Source: Xylographa opegraphella
Taxonomy: Eukaryota
DNA length: 64,000 bases
Reading direction: 5' to 3'
Assembly: GCA_022813865.1 (NCBI GenBank)
Contig: JALDZX010000012.1
Location: 186,001-250,000 of the forward strand
Shown here: positions 63,454 through 64,000 of the stretch, in pieces
Layout: the number at the start of each line of letters is the position of its first letter
How positions within the stretch are numbered: position 1 is the first letter of the stretch
The notes under the pieces: model-generated
The model's database searches: none
What the model was told of the DNA's origin: nothing
Seen by the model: only the letters and a program-made list of their open reading frames with translations
Position numbers and translations under genes: made by a program

Positions 63454-64000
63454 ATGGGTCTCACAGAAGAAGTCATCGCCATCTTGGAGCTTTGTATCTA
63501 TATCCCTATATTCCCACTCGCTTTGATAGTCATTATTCGCCACGGGTGGAAAAAGCAACTTGGATGGATCTATCTTGTAATATTTTGTCTTGTCCGGATT
63601 GTTGGGGCAGGGTTCAAGATTGCGAGTGTCAAATATCCGGATAATGGCACCGATCTGGAATGGTCTGCGATTTTGCAATCCGTGGGACTAAGCCCCCTTC
63701 TTATGGCAACAATGGGTCTCCTAAAAAGAATGTCAGCTTTTCCCGAACAACCAGCTAAAGATGACCATGTTCTAACATCTCCTTCACAGAACCGATGAGG
63801 TCTCCCAAACCACTGCCTCCAGCGACAAATCCTACAGCAACACAGCAATGGCAGGCTTTGTATCTCAGAGCCGGGCGGCGAATCTCATCACCAAGCGCGC
63901 AACCGCAATCTCCCGACGCAGCCGTATCATTCAAATTGCGCAACTACCAACCCTGATCGCTCTCATCCTTTGCATCGTCGGAGGCACGGACAGAGCATCC
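63454..64000 (+). CDS. Multi-pass integral membrane protein of a conserved fungal family, 3' end outside the window
   Basis: IAILELCIYIP...IRHGW...GWIYLVIFCLVRIVG...LQSVGLSPLL...GLLKR; intron at about 63732-63788; further TM segment QLPTLIALILCIVGG. Confidence 0.8.

Overview
Eukaryotic, intron-containing DNA from a filamentous ascomycete (Pezizomycotina-type gene content; species not identifiable from the sequence alone), with one assembly gap (34562-34693). I can support about 23 protein-coding loci; exon boundaries were read by eye. Four multi-gene modules stand out. (1) 38.8-52.0 kb: a secreted arylsulfotransferase with a polybasic Lys/Pro/Ser/Thr repeat tail, an intronless GT43 glycosyltransferase, an intronless membrane-anchored WbpP-like UDP-sugar 4-epimerase fused to a degenerate GT77-like domain, and a membrane-anchored GH79 beta-glucuronidase. 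Together these look like a pathway for building, sulfating and remodelling a uronic-acid-containing (glycosaminoglycan- or HNK-1-like) glycan. This is the best candidate for an undescribed system. (2) 6.5-15.0 kb: an NLR (lipase-like/NB-ARC/TPR) whose lipase domain lacks the catalytic Ser, a divergent CYP52-clan P450, a stand-alone paralogous lipase that retains the Ser, and a decayed HeLo-like/kinase-like gene. (3) 16.7-33.6 kb: an HR-PKS cluster with an FSH1 hydrolase, a 2OG-Fe(II) dioxygenase, a PTH11-like protein, an esterase and an SDR. (4) 0-3.1 kb: a divergent SDR and glutamine-synthetase-like pair resembling gamma-glutamylation amine catabolism. The rest are ordinary genes (dienelactone hydrolase, thioesterase, choline-type permease, APT1, Zn2Cys6 transcription factor, membrane proteins). 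No rRNA, tRNA, CRISPR array or recognisable transposon was seen. All family assignments come from motif recognition, not database searches.
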